Positions 26,753-26,818 of a DNA stretch of 26,818 nucleotides are shown one piece after another. The position numbers and the translations under genes were made by a program. Each line of letters opens with the position of its first letter. The stretch's first letter is position 1. The stretch spans positions 1-26,818 of the forward strand of contig JBEKXL010000028.1 in the NCBI GenBank assembly GCA_049512075.1. The letters run 5' to 3'. Under the pieces are notes generated by a model. It was given only the letters and a program-made list of their open reading frames with translations, was not told where the DNA came from and did no database searches. This stretch comes from Candidatus Bathyarchaeia archaeon. Lineage in GTDB: Archaea > Thermoproteota > Bathyarchaeia > Bathyarchaeales > Bathycorpusculaceae.

Positions 26753-26818
26753 GGCTTCTTGTTGTTCTTCTCGTATGTATTTTCTGACGGCGTCGAGGTT
26801 TAGTCCGCCTACCGTGTT
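26722..26818 (-). mobile_element. tnpA: End of an IS200/IS605-family element: TnpA (Y1 transposase) C-terminus and terminal hairpin, partial
   Basis: Minus strand 26818-26744 reads NTVGGLNLDAVRKYIREEQQEALP*, matching the TVG......V.KYI..Q catalytic-Tyr helix. It is followed by the hairpin CCCCGGAGC-TT-GCTCCGGGG (26722-26741). Confidence 0.75.

Overview
Archaeal chromosomal segment, most consistent with Bathyarchaeia (TACK). This is inferred from eL38, BHB-intron tRNAs, a PolB1-like gene, TATA/BRE promoters and frequent TTG/CTG starts. The left 10.5 kb is a metal/Fe-S handling neighbourhood: HMA-thioredoxin, CopA, a truncated CDF, NifX-like, Mrp/NBP35, DUF134 with a palindromic operator, DUF6125, DUF1847, OsmC, CGGC, a frameshifted GNAT and two tandem CooC ATPases. 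The rest holds eL38, membrane proteins, a radical SAM enzyme, a PAS/GAF histidine kinase, a CBS protein, a nucleotidyltransferase, an aminotransferase, tRNA-Ser(UGA), tRNA-Val(GAC), a family B DNA polymerase, a methyltransferase and the end of an IS200/IS605 element. Three signals stand out. (1) A dispersed family of alternating (GC)n palindromes, consensus TAGCGCGCGCTA, lies in most larger intergenic gaps, often next to decayed gene stubs. (2) A PolB1 paralog keeps its catalytic aspartates but appears to have lost the entire 3'-5' exonuclease domain. (3) The tRNA-Ser has two introns, one at the very unusual position 8/9 whose BHB motif uses the acceptor-stem strand. All family assignments are by motif recognition; no searches were run.
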